From positions 1 to 64,000 of the forward strand of contig LVLI01000353.1 in NCBI GenBank assembly GCA_001687465.1: a DNA stretch of 64,000 bases, given 5' to 3'. Of this stretch, positions 29,131-42,662 are shown piece by piece; position 1 is the first letter of the stretch, and every line of letters starts with the position of its first letter. The notes beneath the pieces were generated by a model that made no database searches, was not told the DNA's origin, and worked only from the letters and a program-made list of their open reading frames with translations. The position numbers and the translations under genes were made by a program. Source of the stretch: Halocafeteria seosinensis (taxonomy: Eukaryota).

Positions 29131-29155
29131 CAAGTCCAAGCCCTTTCGTATTTGA

Positions 29156-29829
29156 TCACTCTGTTGAGTCCTTGCGGGGTTCTCTCCGCGATTTCCTCTT
29201 GGAATTCGAGACTCGTCGCACGGCGCAGTGTCCAATACCGTACTCAACACCACGCCGCACCAAAAACTCTTCCACATTATCACTCGTCACAGTGTGAATA
29301 CGTCCGTAGCCTAATCGTCTTTCTTTCTCTACAACCATTAGACTCTTACGGACACCTGTCTTCATGGCTGTCATCGCACGTCAGATTACCGGGCTATGCC
29401 GAGTAAGAGACCCTTGTGGACGCGCTAAAACCTTGACATGACGCTCGTGGTAGACACAAAACTGCCCACCAAAACATTCGGAGTCGGAGTTCAGAGCAAT
29501 TAGATTCGTTAAGTTTGCATGAGGCTCATCGCAATGGAAAGCGATATTTGTGCCGTGAATCGGTCCTTCCGTTCTCCTTAAGATGATTATTGGATCGGAC
29601 GACGGAGGCAGTCGTTGCAGTGCCCGCACACTGTTGCCCTTTTTTGCTTCTTCTCCATGCCTTGGAAGAGTGAGTAGCGGAGTGCGGTTGATATAAACGC
29701 CTGTATGTCATGCTCTTCTTGGGAAGCGTGAGCCTTCCAAATGAAGTCGAGAAAGGCTCCAAGAAAGTCAAAATGACTCCTGGGCAACACCCCGCAGCAA
29801 TTTTTATTTGGAGGGTTCTCACCATGCAT
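29156..29829 (-). pseudogene. Disrupted 2OG-Fe(II) oxygenase (P4Hc-like) gene
   Basis: Joined minus-strand pieces read FLGAFLDFIW... [frameshift near 29630] IILRRTEGPIHGTNIAFHCDEPHANLTNLIALNSDSECFGGQFCVY...RPQGSLTRHSPVI*RAMTAMKTGVRKSLMVV. The HxD, GG.F and G.R.SL motifs are present, but an in-frame TGA (29381-29383) and Arg sit where the distal iron-binding His is expected. Confidence 0.7.
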
Positions 29830-30939
29830 CGGGAGGGAGGTGCTCCTTGTTGTATAGAAATTTCATGCACCTGGTCATCGACAGATCAGCATTGTCTGTT
29901 TTGCAAAGTATTCAACCACAGCTATGTACCCTTGCGGACATCTATGTTGGTGCTTCGAGTCTGTTACGGAGGTTATGAAACTTAGTGAAATCTGTCCCAA
30001 ATGCAACGGGGAAATTTCTGAAACTCTTCGAATTTACCTCTAGTGGAGCAAGGCCCAAGACGTTCTGAAAGGATACGTGTGAAGAACCTCATACTAACAA
30101 AGAGTCCGAGCGTTGGTGAGCGCCGGGTTAGGCAATGCAGGAGTGCCCTTGGAAGATCTTCGACGGCGTGAAGATCCCCCCAACTACACTTCCACTCAGC
30201 CGGTACCAGGCCATCAATAATACACCCCACTACTTCTCTAGTGCGACGATCCTGGTGCCAACGATGGATATGGGATGGACTTACTTTGCATTTGTATTAC
30301 TGTTACTGAAGATAACCTGACTACCCTTAAAACACTCACAGCTAATAGAGGGTTTATATATATGTAGTACAATATCTCAGGCACCTCAGGCCTTGCCGCA
30401 CCTGCACCTCTTGCTGTCCTTTAGAATCAACATTTACATGGGACTCTGGCAACTGCAGAACTGTAGCTATCACACGCGCTGGGTGGTAGGCATAGGAACT
30501 TCTGCGGATACAACAGTAAGGTTTCGACGACGACGACGAAGGTGTGACTGATGGCCCACCGGCAGCTGGATGTTAGTTTCGACTCTTGTAGCAGTCGTAG
30601 CATCACCAAGGGACTATGTGATAGTAAAACGAACAGATATTAAGCAAGGCAGATTTCGCTGGCCCCTGTTCGTTGGCAACGCATCTTTACTCGTGCGAAT
30701 ACGGTTCTGGGATCCAAACTCCCTCACACTGTGTCATAGGATGCAGGACAACAAGAAACCTCTCACAATCGGGACGAAACAAACGAAACGGTCGAATTAC
30801 GGACATCCGAGGGACTTTGGTACGGCAACTGTTCCGTTCGTGATGGCGGGGAAGACGCCGGGCTTTTGGAGGTTGAAAACAGATGATGGTCAAGCTGTCC
30901 ATGATGATGTAGACTAGTTTTCTTCCGCTAGGAGCAATA

Positions 30940-31070
30940 CAAATACACACACACACACACGGTATATATGGTATATGGTGTATATAACATATATATACGG
31001 TAGGTACCCAATATATATATTTATACTATATACCGTACCCGTACCGGTATATATATTTGCCAAGGGTGCA
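30940..31070. repeat. (AC)n microsatellite and TA-rich low-complexity tract
   Basis: tacacacacacacacac followed by gtatatatg/atatatat/gtacc-type units. Confidence 0.8.
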
Positions 31071-31254
31071 CCGGTGTGTAGTATTGTATTTATCCTATCA
31101 ACCGGGAGAGTTGGTGACAACTTGGTGTGGAAAACAGGTACTTCTTGGTTTTCAGCATACAAGCGGAAGTCCGGGACCGCTCCACATGTATAGCAACGTC
31201 CCATGCTAGGATCTCCCCCTTCTGCGTTTCCGCTCCAATCGCGCGGGCCTCACC

Positions 31255-31710
31255 TATGCCAGTACATAATTGCGGTGTTTCCAAGGAAAGCGGAAACGAT
31301 TTAACTAAATCAACGTGTATTTAACGAAGCAACTTCCACCCTACACTGGCAGCTACGTCATAGGTATTTTGATCTTGAGTTTTGCTGCCTCATTCATAGC
31401 ATAACCTATGCAACGCTAATAAGCGTTGTGCTAGCCGGGAAAAGTTTCCTTAGCTACGGAAGCAGTTCCAGTTACTGCATATGCCAGTACATAATTGCGG
31501 TGTTTCCAAGGAAAGCGGAAACGATTTAACTAAATCAACGTGTATTTAACGAAGCAACTTCCACCCTACACTGGTAGCTACGTCATAGGTACTTGATCTT
31601 GAGTTTTGCTGCCTCATTCATAGCATACCCTATGCAACGCTAATAAACGTTGTGCTAGCCGGGAAAAGTTTCCTTAGCTACAACTTGTACGGAAGCAGTT
31701 CCAGTTACTG
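31255..31710. repeat. ~225-bp tandem duplication (31255-31477, 31480-31710)
   Basis: Both copies begin tatgccagtacataattgcggtgtttccaagg and end cagttccagttactg. They differ by a few substitutions and a 9-nt insertion (caacttgta) in copy 2. Confidence 0.95.
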
Positions 31711-32196
31711 TCAAGCGAAGGTTCTGGGACTACTAGCGGAGCATATGCTGTACCGAATACCATGCGCAACATGTTTCAGACCACTACAAGAACTAGCAAC
31801 TGTTGCGTGCAGTTACTTGACGATGATTATTTTTTTTCTCACTACCTAGTCCGAGAGTCCAGTCGATTCCGTCGAAACGTTCGAGTTCATTCATTGTTTC
31901 GAACTTCAACAAATAGTTAAGTCCAATAAATGTTTGTCGCCTCCAGAAGGAGGATCCACTCAGCTACAACTTGTGCCCAACTAACTATAAGTCTTATGCA
32001 TAGTATAAGAGAACACTGGTGTTGTTTCTGGATGATTTTGTTTTGGGGAGAAACCCTCCCTGGAAGATAAAGGAAGTTGTATATTTGGCTGGGGTGTCTG
32101 AGGCTGTGGCTCCTGCTGAGGGGGAGCGTTAACGGACGCCCATCAGGGATATTTTTCACAGGCCACCTGACAGTGAACAAGGACTTATTATCGACA

Positions 32197-35100
32197 ATGA
32201 AAGAGTTATTTTCCCTTTCACCGACGTTCAATGGCCTACTCCAGGCCTCCGGAATGGGAGGAGGAGGCGGGCATATTAGGAATTCGGGCGTCCTCCGTGG
32301 TGGAAAACGCGGCGACGCTGCCTCGTCATCTCCCGTGAAATTCTCATGGAGGCCTCAAGGGCACTTTCTCGCCACTGCCGGCGCTAATGGGATTGTCAAC
32401 ATCGTTGACAAAAGCGGACAGCCTGTGACTCACTTTGCGTTGTCGACGAAATCGACTCCAGTGGGCTTGGAATGGGACGCACAAGGAGAGGAATTAGCGG
32501 CGATCCAGGGGGATACCTCGGACGTGACCTTATTCGATTTTAATGCGCGTTCCTCGAAAACGCTGGAAACTTCATTGAAGAACCCGACCTTTGTACGATG
32601 GTCCAAGACTGGGCCGTACCTCGCCATCGGAGACTCGAAGGGAAATGTGCTCTTATACGACAAACAGTCAAAAAAGAAAGTGCCCATTCTCGGGAAGCAT
32701 ACACGAGCAATTGTAGCGGGAGCCTGGTCAGCAGAATGCAAGCTGGCTCTGGGAAGTACAGATAATACGTTGTCCCTCAGGTAGGCTCTATCCCTGTACT
32801 CATCTCCTAGGAAGTTAGTCACCTTACTCTTTCTCTGCAGCGAGTCGAACGGAGACGCGGTTAGTGAGTCCGTGGATCTTAAGGCTTCTCCCACGTTCAT
32901 GCAATTTTCGAACCAGAAGAGAGACAATGGGTTGTCAAGGAATAACGCAAATGCGGAAAATACGATCTCGATCAACCTGGATGGCAAGACGTTATTGCTG
33001 TACGTCACCTTGCTTTTTTTCGTACCGTTCTGTTTATACATGCATGCATATACGGTTTTACTCTTTTCCACCGGCAGTTACAACATAGATGATCCTGATA
33101 ATCCAGTAGAGCTGGCTTTTCAAGCAAAATATGGGAAGATTGTAGCCTTCCGGTGGTTTGGTGATGGGTATCTACTGATTGGGTTTTCGGAGGGTTGGCT
33201 TGTAGTCATTTCCACTCATATTAACGAAATCGGCGAAGAATTACGATCTGCAAGATTTCATAGTGATGGATTAGAAGACATCGCGTACTCGCCTACAACA
33301 CAACGGTGCGCTACGATAGGGGGCAACTCTCTTAAGATAATTGAGACGTCAACTCTGGAGGAACTAACTAACGAAAGCATCTCTATAGACACGTCTGCCG
33401 GTGCTTTTACCCAGTACGTTGCGTTGCAATAACAAAAAGACTATGGCAACTTATTTTAGTTGGGGTTGACGCAGAGTTGATTACGCAATGGACGGACAGG
33501 TTCTTACTGCGGCCACCACCGGAGGATATGTTTACACTTATCTAGGGAAAATGCCTGAGCTATCTGATTCGCATGAATCTAAGTAAGACTACTCCATTAA
33601 TGCTTAATTTACCTTCTTCTTAACGTGACCCATTTTCTTCGCAGGATCGCCTATCTCTCCTCGCTGAAGGAAATAACTGTTTTTGAAACATCCGTTCCTA
33701 GCAACTCTCCTTACGCCGCGTTGTCTTTTCCACTGGAAATCGAACCATCCCGCATATCTCTCGGGTCCTATCACTTTGCTGCAGCTATGAATAATACGGT
33801 GTGGTATTATGGTTTGCCATTACCTCCTGCTGAAGGGCAAGTATCGAACAAAAGGGAGCTAGAGGACTATCGTGACGAAGCATTGGAGAAAGCGAAAGCT
33901 GAAGCAGAATCGCGTACTTACATGTCTACTGTAGACGATATGGCACTGGGTTCAAATTTTGTGGCTGTCCTGTGTGATGGGAAAGTAAACGTCCATTCAA
34001 TCAGACCTCAACCCTACATTGGAAATTCTCTACTGCAGCTTCCTGAAGCCGGGAAAGGCGACTCCATTATTTTACCCGAACATGGGAGCAAGGATAATGG
34101 ACCACAGGCTCGTGTCACATGCGTGGAATGCACCGCTGAATTCGTTGTATATGGCACTGAGGATGGCACCGTTGACTTTTTCTACATCCCGGCATGGAAA
34201 CTACTTGCATCCGCTCAATTTCGGTACGTATTTTCTCTCATGCTATATCACCTCATTCTTGGGTGATCTCGATATCCTATTCCGCAGAAATACTTTTACT
34301 TCAACCGGAATAAGAGCAATCTATCCCAATCCTACGTGCACTCGTGTTTTAATCATAGATGAGGAGCACAAGGGGTACATTTTCAATCCGTCTAACCGAC
34401 TGACAATAGAAATAGAGGATTTCCCCCGAGGCGTAACCAAAGTGATGTGGGACCCCGCAGATTGGGGTGTGTTTTCGGCGTTTAGCAAGCCGGAAATTCA
34501 TGTCTTCCGGCATGTTCCACTGACCCTTAATGGCGCCAGCGTAATCAAGTTTGGAGATGCCTCAATCGGACAATCTGGAGACATTACTGTGACGACGAGA
34601 CGTACAGAATTGCCTTCCGGTGCAGAGCCACTTCTAGTCAATGATGGCATCATTTCATACCGAGCATCGAGTGATGCTTCTGCCGTTGAGAGCGTAACAC
34701 TTAGCTCGTATAGGCCCCTAGTAGGTGGGGGTCAAGTCAATACAGAGCGACGAATGGCTGCTCTAGCACAAGCATTGTTACTGGGGCGGTTCGATACGGC
34801 ATGGGAGCTCTGCCTGACATTGGGTGACCAGATTTGTTGGCTTGCTTTAGCAAACAAGGCCATGGAGGTACTAGACATTGATCGCGCCATCGATGTGTAC
34901 AGGTTCTTAGGTGATGCGGGGATGGTGTTTGCCTTGGAAGCTATCAACGAAGAAGAAGATCAAAGTTTGGTGGCTGGTCATCTCGCTGTGCTTTTCAACG
35001 ATTTTAGTTTAGCACAAGAGCTATTTCTATCTTCTTCTCGTCCTACTGCTGCATTGCAAATGTATCGAGACATGATGCACTTTGAACAAGCTACGACCCT

Positions 35101-37375
35101 TGCCGAGACGCTAGACCCATCCCAAGTTCCGACACTACAAATCCAACATGCCAAGCAGCTGGAGTTTAAGGGTGATTACAACGAAGCGCTGGAGCTCTAC
35201 GATTCCGCCAAGGATGAATTACCACCTCTTAGAGAGACGAAGCAGCCTGAAACAACCGCCCATACGAAAAAGAATACATCATTTGCTGATCTTGCCTCAG
35301 AAGCGGAAGCGTTGTTGGGCGAGACGAAGGTCGACAAAAAGAGCACTAAGTCAGTAGCCAATCCGGAGCAAGCTGGTCAAGGAGGCTTCAACGTGCTTGA
35401 TCACACGAGACTCGGTAGATTACATAGAGCTGCACACGATGGTCTCGCACGATGTTTGCTGCATACTGGTAACATTCGCCGTGGCCTAGACTGTGTCCAA
35501 GACCAATTCTTTGCTCACAAAAGGTTATTGAAAGAAGCAGGTGGCATTCTTGATTCCTTGAATCAGTACAAGGATGCCGCGCGAATGTACGAACGCGCAG
35601 AAGAATTTGAAAAAGCTGCCTCTATATTAATTGCTAACAAAGCCTTCCGAGAAGCGGAACCCCTCATGGACAAAGTTGCCTCTCCCAAGCTGCATCTTCA
35701 ATTTGCCAAGGCTATGGAAGCGTCAAAAGACTACTCAACGGCTGTCAAGTCTTACGAAAGGGCAAAAGACATGGACAATGTTGTTCGACTTCTTGTCGAC
35801 CACTTAGATCAACCTGAACGAGCAGGGAAAATCGTACGGCAGACGAAATCAGCGGAAGCGGCTACATATGTGTCAAGGTACTGTCAAGAAATCAATGACA
35901 ACAGAGGAGCTGTTGAATTTCTTCTGTTGGCGAAAAAACGCACGGATGCCTTTTCACTGGCTATGGCTCACGAAGAAATGCAAGTGTACGTTGATGCTCT
36001 AAGGCGAATCGGCTGGGAAGTGACTAACGAAGACCATGCTCAGATTGCTTCGTACTACGAAGGAAAAGGAAAATATGACGAAGCAGCAAGGCACCATTTT
36101 GCAGGTGGAGATTATCACAAGGCTCTGAAGCTGTTTCTTCAATGTGGAGAACAATGTTTGGAGGAAGCAATCGAAGTTGTGGGGAAAGCAAATACGGACC
36201 CGCTTACTCACATGCTTATCGATTACCTAATGGGCGAGATGGATGGTGTCCAAAAGGATGAGAAGTACATCTTCAAGCTTTATATCGTTCTCGAAAATTA
36301 CGAACAAGCGGCGCGCACTGCAAGGATTATAGCCCAGCATGAAGCAGAAGAGGGAAAATATCGGGCTGCCCACGACTTCCTGTACAAGACACGGCGAGAC
36401 CTTATTAGCCGTGACGTACGAGTGCCTACAGAGCTTTCCCAGCAGCTTGAACTGTTGCATAGCTATATCCTCGTAAAGAAGCGTGTCAAGCTGGGCGACC
36501 ATGTTGGTGCGGCATTCTTGCTAAAGAGAGTAGTTAGTGATATATCCAGTTTTCCTAAGCACACAGTGGAGATCCTAACAAGCGCTGTGATAGAATGCCA
36601 GCGAGCGGGGCTAAAACGAAGCGCCTACGAATATGCCACAATGTTGATGAGGCCAGAGTACCGCAATAGGGTGGATGAAAAGTTCCGCCGCAAGATTGAG
36701 CAACTTGTGCGCCGTCCGAAGACGGAGGAGGCAGATCAAGTAAGCTGTGTGGTTTGGTTTGAGAATATCTTCGAATTACTTTGCGTACATTTCTTGAACA
36801 ATGTTTGAACAATGTATGTATCACAGGAAAAATCCACCTGTCCTCAATGTGATTCCTTTCTTGGCACGTTTGAACTACATTGTCACACATGCAAGACCTA
36901 TTTACCATTTTGCGCAGTAACAGGAAAGCACATGGTCTTGGAGGACTGGTCGTATTGTCCGCATTGCTCATGGCCTGCGCTCTATTCTGCGTTTCAAAGC
37001 TATCTGGAGGAATTCGATACATGCCCTATGTGCGATCAGCATGTAAACAAAAATTGTAAGTTGGATATGTTTAGGGTCTTACATAGGATATAGAATTGTC
37101 TACAACAATAGCAATGTGTTGCAGCAATAGCCGTGGCGAATGATCCAGCTTCCCTCCTTCGCCAAGAAGTCTCCTATATGGAAGGTAAACCTGAAGAGGA
37201 AGAAGGGGCGACAGATCAGAATGAAGATGATGCTCAGCCAGAAGGGGCACCAGAAGAAACCAAGCATAGGTCTCCCAAGAAAGAAGCAGAACATGATAGC
37301 TCTCCTCAAGCTGGTAAGCGCCCAAGTTCGCAGGTCAGTGGCGCACAGGCTGTGTTGGGTGCAATGGGCATATAA
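32197..37375 (+). CDS. WDR19: WD repeat-containing protein 19 / intraflagellar transport protein 144 (IFT-A), 8 exons
   Basis: Motifs MKELFSL, WSKTGPYLAIG, KKVPILGKHTRAI, PVELAFQAKYGKIVAFRWFGDGYLLIGFSEG, ILTSAVIECQRAGLK, and C-terminal CPQC...CHTC...LPFCAVTGKHM...CPHC...CPMC. GT-AG introns at 32781-32840, 33000-33077, 33414-33474, 33583-33644, 34224-34287, 36740-36826 and 37056-37124 restore the frame. Confidence 0.96.
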
Positions 37376-37419
37376 CAGCTATTGAATGAATGACACTTAT
37401 CCATCGTACAATTCCCAAT

Positions 37420-39166
37420 TTAGAATTCGTTTCCTTTGTTTTCCCAAAAGCTGACTATTCCATATTGGCCATTCGTCAGCCACTGACGATCACAATGCTG
37501 CTGCTCAGCAGTCTGAATAGCTTTCTCATCGGCACCAATTAATACGTCGGACTTGCACGTCCTCAGAGCCAGAGTAGCTTTTGAAGGTACACACCTGTGG
37601 TTCAAAAATGTCGTTGAGACAATGCCAAGCCCATATTTCCGTTTCGGCAGCGTTTGTGTACGTACATAGCGACACGACGAAACGGTTCCGTTGCACGAAA
37701 TTTCCTGTCACCGAGAAGCCTTCGATAGTTCGCTGCATAGTCAAGCGAACACTGTGAGGTCGTCGCTTACTGGAGCCAAGGGATTACCATAGGTACGTAC
37801 CATCACCCTTCAAAATGCACAGGTCCATTTGTTCCAAACTTTCCGCGACGTCACTGGGAATATCCCACATCGGACACGGACTATTATAGAACGAATGCGC
37901 TTTGATACAAAGTTTCCTAGATGACAAGTGAGTTCTTATCCGTGATGCAATTTCCTTCCCCTTGCTGGGAACGCCTTCTATCCACTCTAAGTGCTTGAAT
38001 ACGTCGGTTTCCGTGGCATCAGAAACGAAGGTCGGGGACTCCTTGCAGTGAAGTGTCACTACAGCACCGTTTTGCACAAGAAATTCGGAAAAGATAAGGT
38101 CGGACAAGAGCTCGAGTCCACAATTGTCTAGCATGATGGATACTTGAGGCTCTGCAGTTTCTAGTTTGTCACGCAGATATGTGACTGCTCGGCTAGTGTC
38201 GTTAGCCAACAAAGTAGATTCCAAAGAGGAAGTCTCCTTATGTGACGCATCAGATGCAGCACCAGCCGATAGACTTAGATCTGCTCGATTTCCCCATAGG
38301 GATCTGTAATAGCCTTCAAAACGTCAAATGAGCAAGGAAGGACAGGAACTGTGTCGACATTAAAACCTACCTCAGTAGTAGTAGTCGAAGACGTCTGTAA
38401 TGGATGATGTTTGAGACATTGCTTTGGTACTTTTAGGCCCGGTCCATTATTTTTAAAGTTGCTTACCTTGTTTCATGAGTATTCTCAATTGTATGAATCA
38501 TCTCGTTGTACGCTGACTCGGCGGAAACCAGAGCCTGCTGCTTTTGAACATGGAATGGGTCCTGGGCGAATTCAGGAAGACCAGATAGCCTGGCCACTTT
38601 CATGATGCGAAAATACATGTAATTTTCCGACTGCATCGGAAACAATGAGAATAGAGAATCAACTACCATACTTTCAGTCTGTGTGACTTCTTTGCTCTTA
38701 CCACAAACCATGGCGCTGTGCTCCAACGGATAGGTTCTGCACTGGTATACCACCGATATGTAAGTAGGTATCCTTCCCATTCTTTGGTTGATAGACTGGG
38801 GGCCACTTTCTCCTCCGTTTGGTACGCGGGAACCACTAGTTCCGAATCTGTAACAATGTCTCGTTTCAATTGCAGGAATCCGGCAACAGTTTTGGATTCC
38901 AATCTACAGCTCTCTCCGGCGGTGGCCATTAACTCCTTCCCCAATGTTTCCGCATCCATGGGATCAAGTAAACTTTGTTGCTGACGTTCACGTGGGACTT
39001 GTCGATTATTGGCGGTAAATTCCTCGAAGCGGTCACAAACTTCTTGAGGAACTCCATGATTCCGCAGCACCGAGTCCACGATCCGAGGGAGCCGGTCGAA
39101 CACACTCTTGTATGTGAACGAACTTTGTCCTTCTTCGTACGGTATTAGAGGAGGTGGCAGCTCCAT
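37420..39166 (-). CDS. ARMT1: ARMT1-like / DUF89 damage-control phosphatase (spliced)
   Basis: Family motifs SFTYKSVFDRLPRIV, PWFV|SENYMYFRI, DPFHVQKQQAL, LWGNRADLSL, IMLDNCGLELLSDL, HCKESPTFVSDAT, LKGD|ANYRRLLGD, LRTCKSDVLIG and WLTNGQYGIVSF, joined across short GT-AG introns. Confidence 0.9.
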
Positions 39167-39509
39167 GATGTCCCTCTCTATTCCATTCACTTCAATTTCA
39201 GCTAGAGATCACAATCAACCCGGCATCATACCAACACCTACAATTGTAGTTCTTCCCCCCTCCTCCCCCGCTTGTTGGAATTTCATCACGACCGGACAAA
39301 CTTTGTAGCGACTTGGTCCGCAAAACAACAAAAAAGGTTTTCTCGGGACCCCGCAAGGGGCCAAGAGATGCACCACGTCTCTGGCAGAAAATGTCGTATA
39401 TTCGCATACTAAAGCGAGGAATTGCATTGGACGAAGATAGGAGACAATTGATTGTACTCATATTTACGGGTATAATCAGTCACCTCGTGCTGACAGCTCA
39501 TATAGGACC

Positions 39510-41342
39510 ATGTTTAGCCAGTTTTACATCCTCTCTCCCCGAGGGGATACTATTATATCAAAGGACTGTATGTACAATCCACAGAGATACTACAGTATCG
39601 TGCACCCATTGATATACATTCATGGTTTGTTCTGTCTCTCTATTGTGTGTGGAGATGTGCAGTTCGAGGAGATTGTCCTTCAGGAAGCGCAGAGACCTTC
39701 TTCCGCAAAGTCAAATTCTGGAAAGGAGATGCTCCTCCTATCTTTGTACGTAATGAACCTCATTCTATGTTGCATTCGGGCAGTGATGATGCTTTCCATT
39801 GTTTGCGGATTTGCCTCTGTTTTCATTGGACAGAATGTGGAGGGAATCAATTTTCTACACGTGAAGAAGACTTCCCTGTACTTTGTGGGGACAACGAAAG
39901 TAAGCCAGTAGGCTCAATGCTTGCTTTTGTTTGTTTGTGGAAGAAGCATATTGTTTTTACAGTTCAATGTGTCCCCCTCGTTGGCGATCGAACTGCTAGA
40001 TCGACTGGCCAAAGTGTTCAAGGTACGAAGGAATGCCAACTCTGGCGACGAAGCAGCGATGATGTGTGTTTTTTTAATGCATGAGCAGGATTACTGCGGT
40101 CTGATTAGTGAAGAGGCTCTTCGAAAGAACTTTGTCTTGATCTATGAATTACTGGATGAGATGATGGTAAGTTGTGAGATCAATCTGTCACGATGGAGAT
40201 TCGTTGTACTCTGTTGTATGGTGCCTGCAGGACTATGGATACGCCCAAGCGACATCAACAGAACAGCTAAAGATGTACATCCATAATGAGCCCATAATGG
40301 TTAATCACCCACCCTCTAACCCAGGACTAAAGGTACGCAAATGACATCACCTCAAAGTGATTCACGACCTCCCAGACATACATGAATATCAATGAACTTT
40401 TTGCAGCTTTCGGTCTCCAAGACAACTCCTGCCTCAAGCGTGAACAAACCTATTTCCCTCTCTGTCAGTAGGAAAGGAAAGAAGAATGAAATTTTTGTAG
40501 ATATACTCGAAAGACTCAGTGTCGTCTTCAATGCAAACGGTTACGTTCTCAACTCAACCATAGACGGTACAATTCAGATGAAATCCTTCCTGAGCGGCAA
40601 CCCACCTCTGCGAATTGCACTCAATGAGGACTTGATGATTGGGAGGGACGAAGCGGCCGCTGGCCCCTTAGGATATGGTGGTGTGGTGCTAGACGATGCC
40701 AACTTCCATGAGTGCATCAATCTGGATGATTTTGAAGCCGGTAGGGTACTCCATCTAATTCCACCCGAAGGAGAATTTGCAGCGATGAACTACAGATGCA
40801 CAGGAGAATTTAGACCCCCTTTCCGAGTCTTCCCCTTTTTGGAAGAAGTAACAAGTTATAAAATTGAACTCGTACTGAAAGTACGGGCAGACATTCCTGC
40901 GCGGAATTACGGCGCCAATGTTACGATTAACTTCCCAACACCAAAACACGCTACAACAGTTCATCCCGAAGTTGGGTCGGCATCAGGTCCGAAGCCTGCG
41001 ACGACAGCAGCCGCAGATACATCAGGAGGAACGATGGGAACTCCTGCACAAGGTCAAACAGCCGAGTTCGACCAAAAGACGAGGATGGTAACTTGGAAGA
41101 TTAAGAAGTTCCAAGGAGGTTCAGAACACACACTGCGAACGAAAATCACGCTATCGCAAACAAGTGGCGCTAGTCTGCGAAAGGAATTGGCCCCGGTGCG
41201 AATGTCATTCGAGATCCCGATGTACAACGCTAGTGGTTTGCAAGTGCGCTACTTGCACATTGCCGAGGACAGTAAAAGCTATAAGCCTTATAGGTGGGTG
41301 CGCTATGTCTCCACTACCGATAACTATGTCATTCGGCTATAA
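39510..41342 (+). CDS. AP4M1: AP-4 adaptor complex subunit mu (7 exons)
   Basis: MFSQFYILSPRGDTIISKD|FRGD, FNVSPSLAIELLDRLAKVFK|DYCGLISEEALRKNFVLIYELLDEMM|DYGYAQ, KNEIFVDILERLSVVFNANGYVLNSTIDGTIQMKSFLSGNP and FEIPMYNASGLQVRYL...PYRWVRYV; six GT-AG introns. Confidence 0.92.
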
Positions 41343-41358
41343 GCGTCGGACGTGTTGG

Positions 41359-42662
41359 TTAGCTCGAAGCCTTTAGTGCTTTTTCTTTGACTTCTTTTAA
41401 AGCACCGTCTATATCCAGCGTAGAGGACGCACCTTCTCCCTGCATATAGCCAGTAGCTTCATCATCAATAAATAAAAGAACTATAACCACAACGGTATGC
41501 TTACGTATTGCTCGGCAAAGATCTCCTTGGCTGTGTTGAGATGTTCTATTGCCGGAGTGAATTCTTCGACGAATGCCAGCATTAATCCAAGGACGTAGAA
41601 CGCTTCCCCCGTAGCAATATTCTCCTCTCCTAAATGCTTCCTTCTTGAGTTCTTTACTTCATCTAGCATACTCAAGCATTCACTGACGGTTGCGTCAGGA
41701 AGTGCATCTGCACCACCGTTAGGAAATAGATGTAACGCCGCGATACATGAGTTGATCGAGTTCTGCACCAGCATACCCTTCTTTTCGTCCCTCGATCGGG
41801 CATTTATCAGATATTTGTACCAGATATCTAGGATTTTATTATAAAGAGCCAGTGCTTCAGTTGGCCTATGCTGCATCAGGGAAGGATGAGACGAGTGAGA
41901 ACCCCCACCCCGGGTCTTCTGGCGGAATCTTAACAACAAACCTGTTTGAAGAAGACTTTGGCCATCAAGAAATATCCCGGCGTAGTGTCTATGTGCTCTG
42001 GGCCTAGATGTATAGAAGAATAGTAAATGTCCTTTGCAACTTCCTCTGCCGCGTCAGCAACGTGCCCTGGAGGCACAGAACAGAAACAGATCGACGGGCT
42101 CTTTCCTTACCATACGAACGACCGTAAAAGAGTTCCCCAACCTACCTAGTTTGAGATATGATTTTCCGAATTTGCGATGCAAGTTTGCCAGTATTTTCTC
42201 TGATATTTCGTCTCCAAGACGTATGCAGGTCCAATTCGCGATGGACAGTAATTCTTGGGCCTGCGCATACTTGCCTTCCTCCATTTGTGCCTCCGCCAAG
42301 AGGAGGTACGCCGGGATAGATTCCACCGATTCTTTCCCGTGGAGGGCTAGCGTATGTGTAATGCTCTCTTTGGCCAACGAGGTGGCATCCGTCGGGCGCT
42401 GTTGCACAATAGCTTTTCGAGCTTCACTCGAGTATATTTCGCCTAACGCTCTTCGCGTTGTATTGATTGCCTCGTTTGTTTTCTTCCTATCTTCGTGGGA
42501 TCCCACTCCGGACGTATGCGCCCTTTGCTGCAATTTGTCCAACTGGGACAACAACGTCTCTGCTCTATTACGCACGTGCGTATCCTGGATGGCGTTAATG
42601 GAGCCCTCCTCCCCCTCGGTCGCAGGGACAGGATCACCACCTCCATGCTGCTGCTGCTGCAT
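41359..42662 (-). CDS. ZMYND12-like TPR-type helical protein (spliced; no MYND finger visible)
   Basis: Motifs HGKESVESIPAYLLLAEAQMEEGKYAQAQELLSIANW, ANLHRKFGKSY, KDIYYSSIHLGPEHIDTTPGYFLMAKVF, ALALYNKILDIWYKYL and LGEENIATGEAFYVLGL. The last exon ends ...KASS* at 41359. Confidence 0.75.

Noticed and set aside
30570..30917. 115-aa plus-strand ORF in the decayed island
   Set aside because: It has a non-ATG start and no recognisable motif, so I cannot support it as a gene.
28300..32000. Intact transposon in the gene-poor interval
   Set aside because: I could not identify a transposase or RT ORF, terminal inverted repeats or a target-site duplication.
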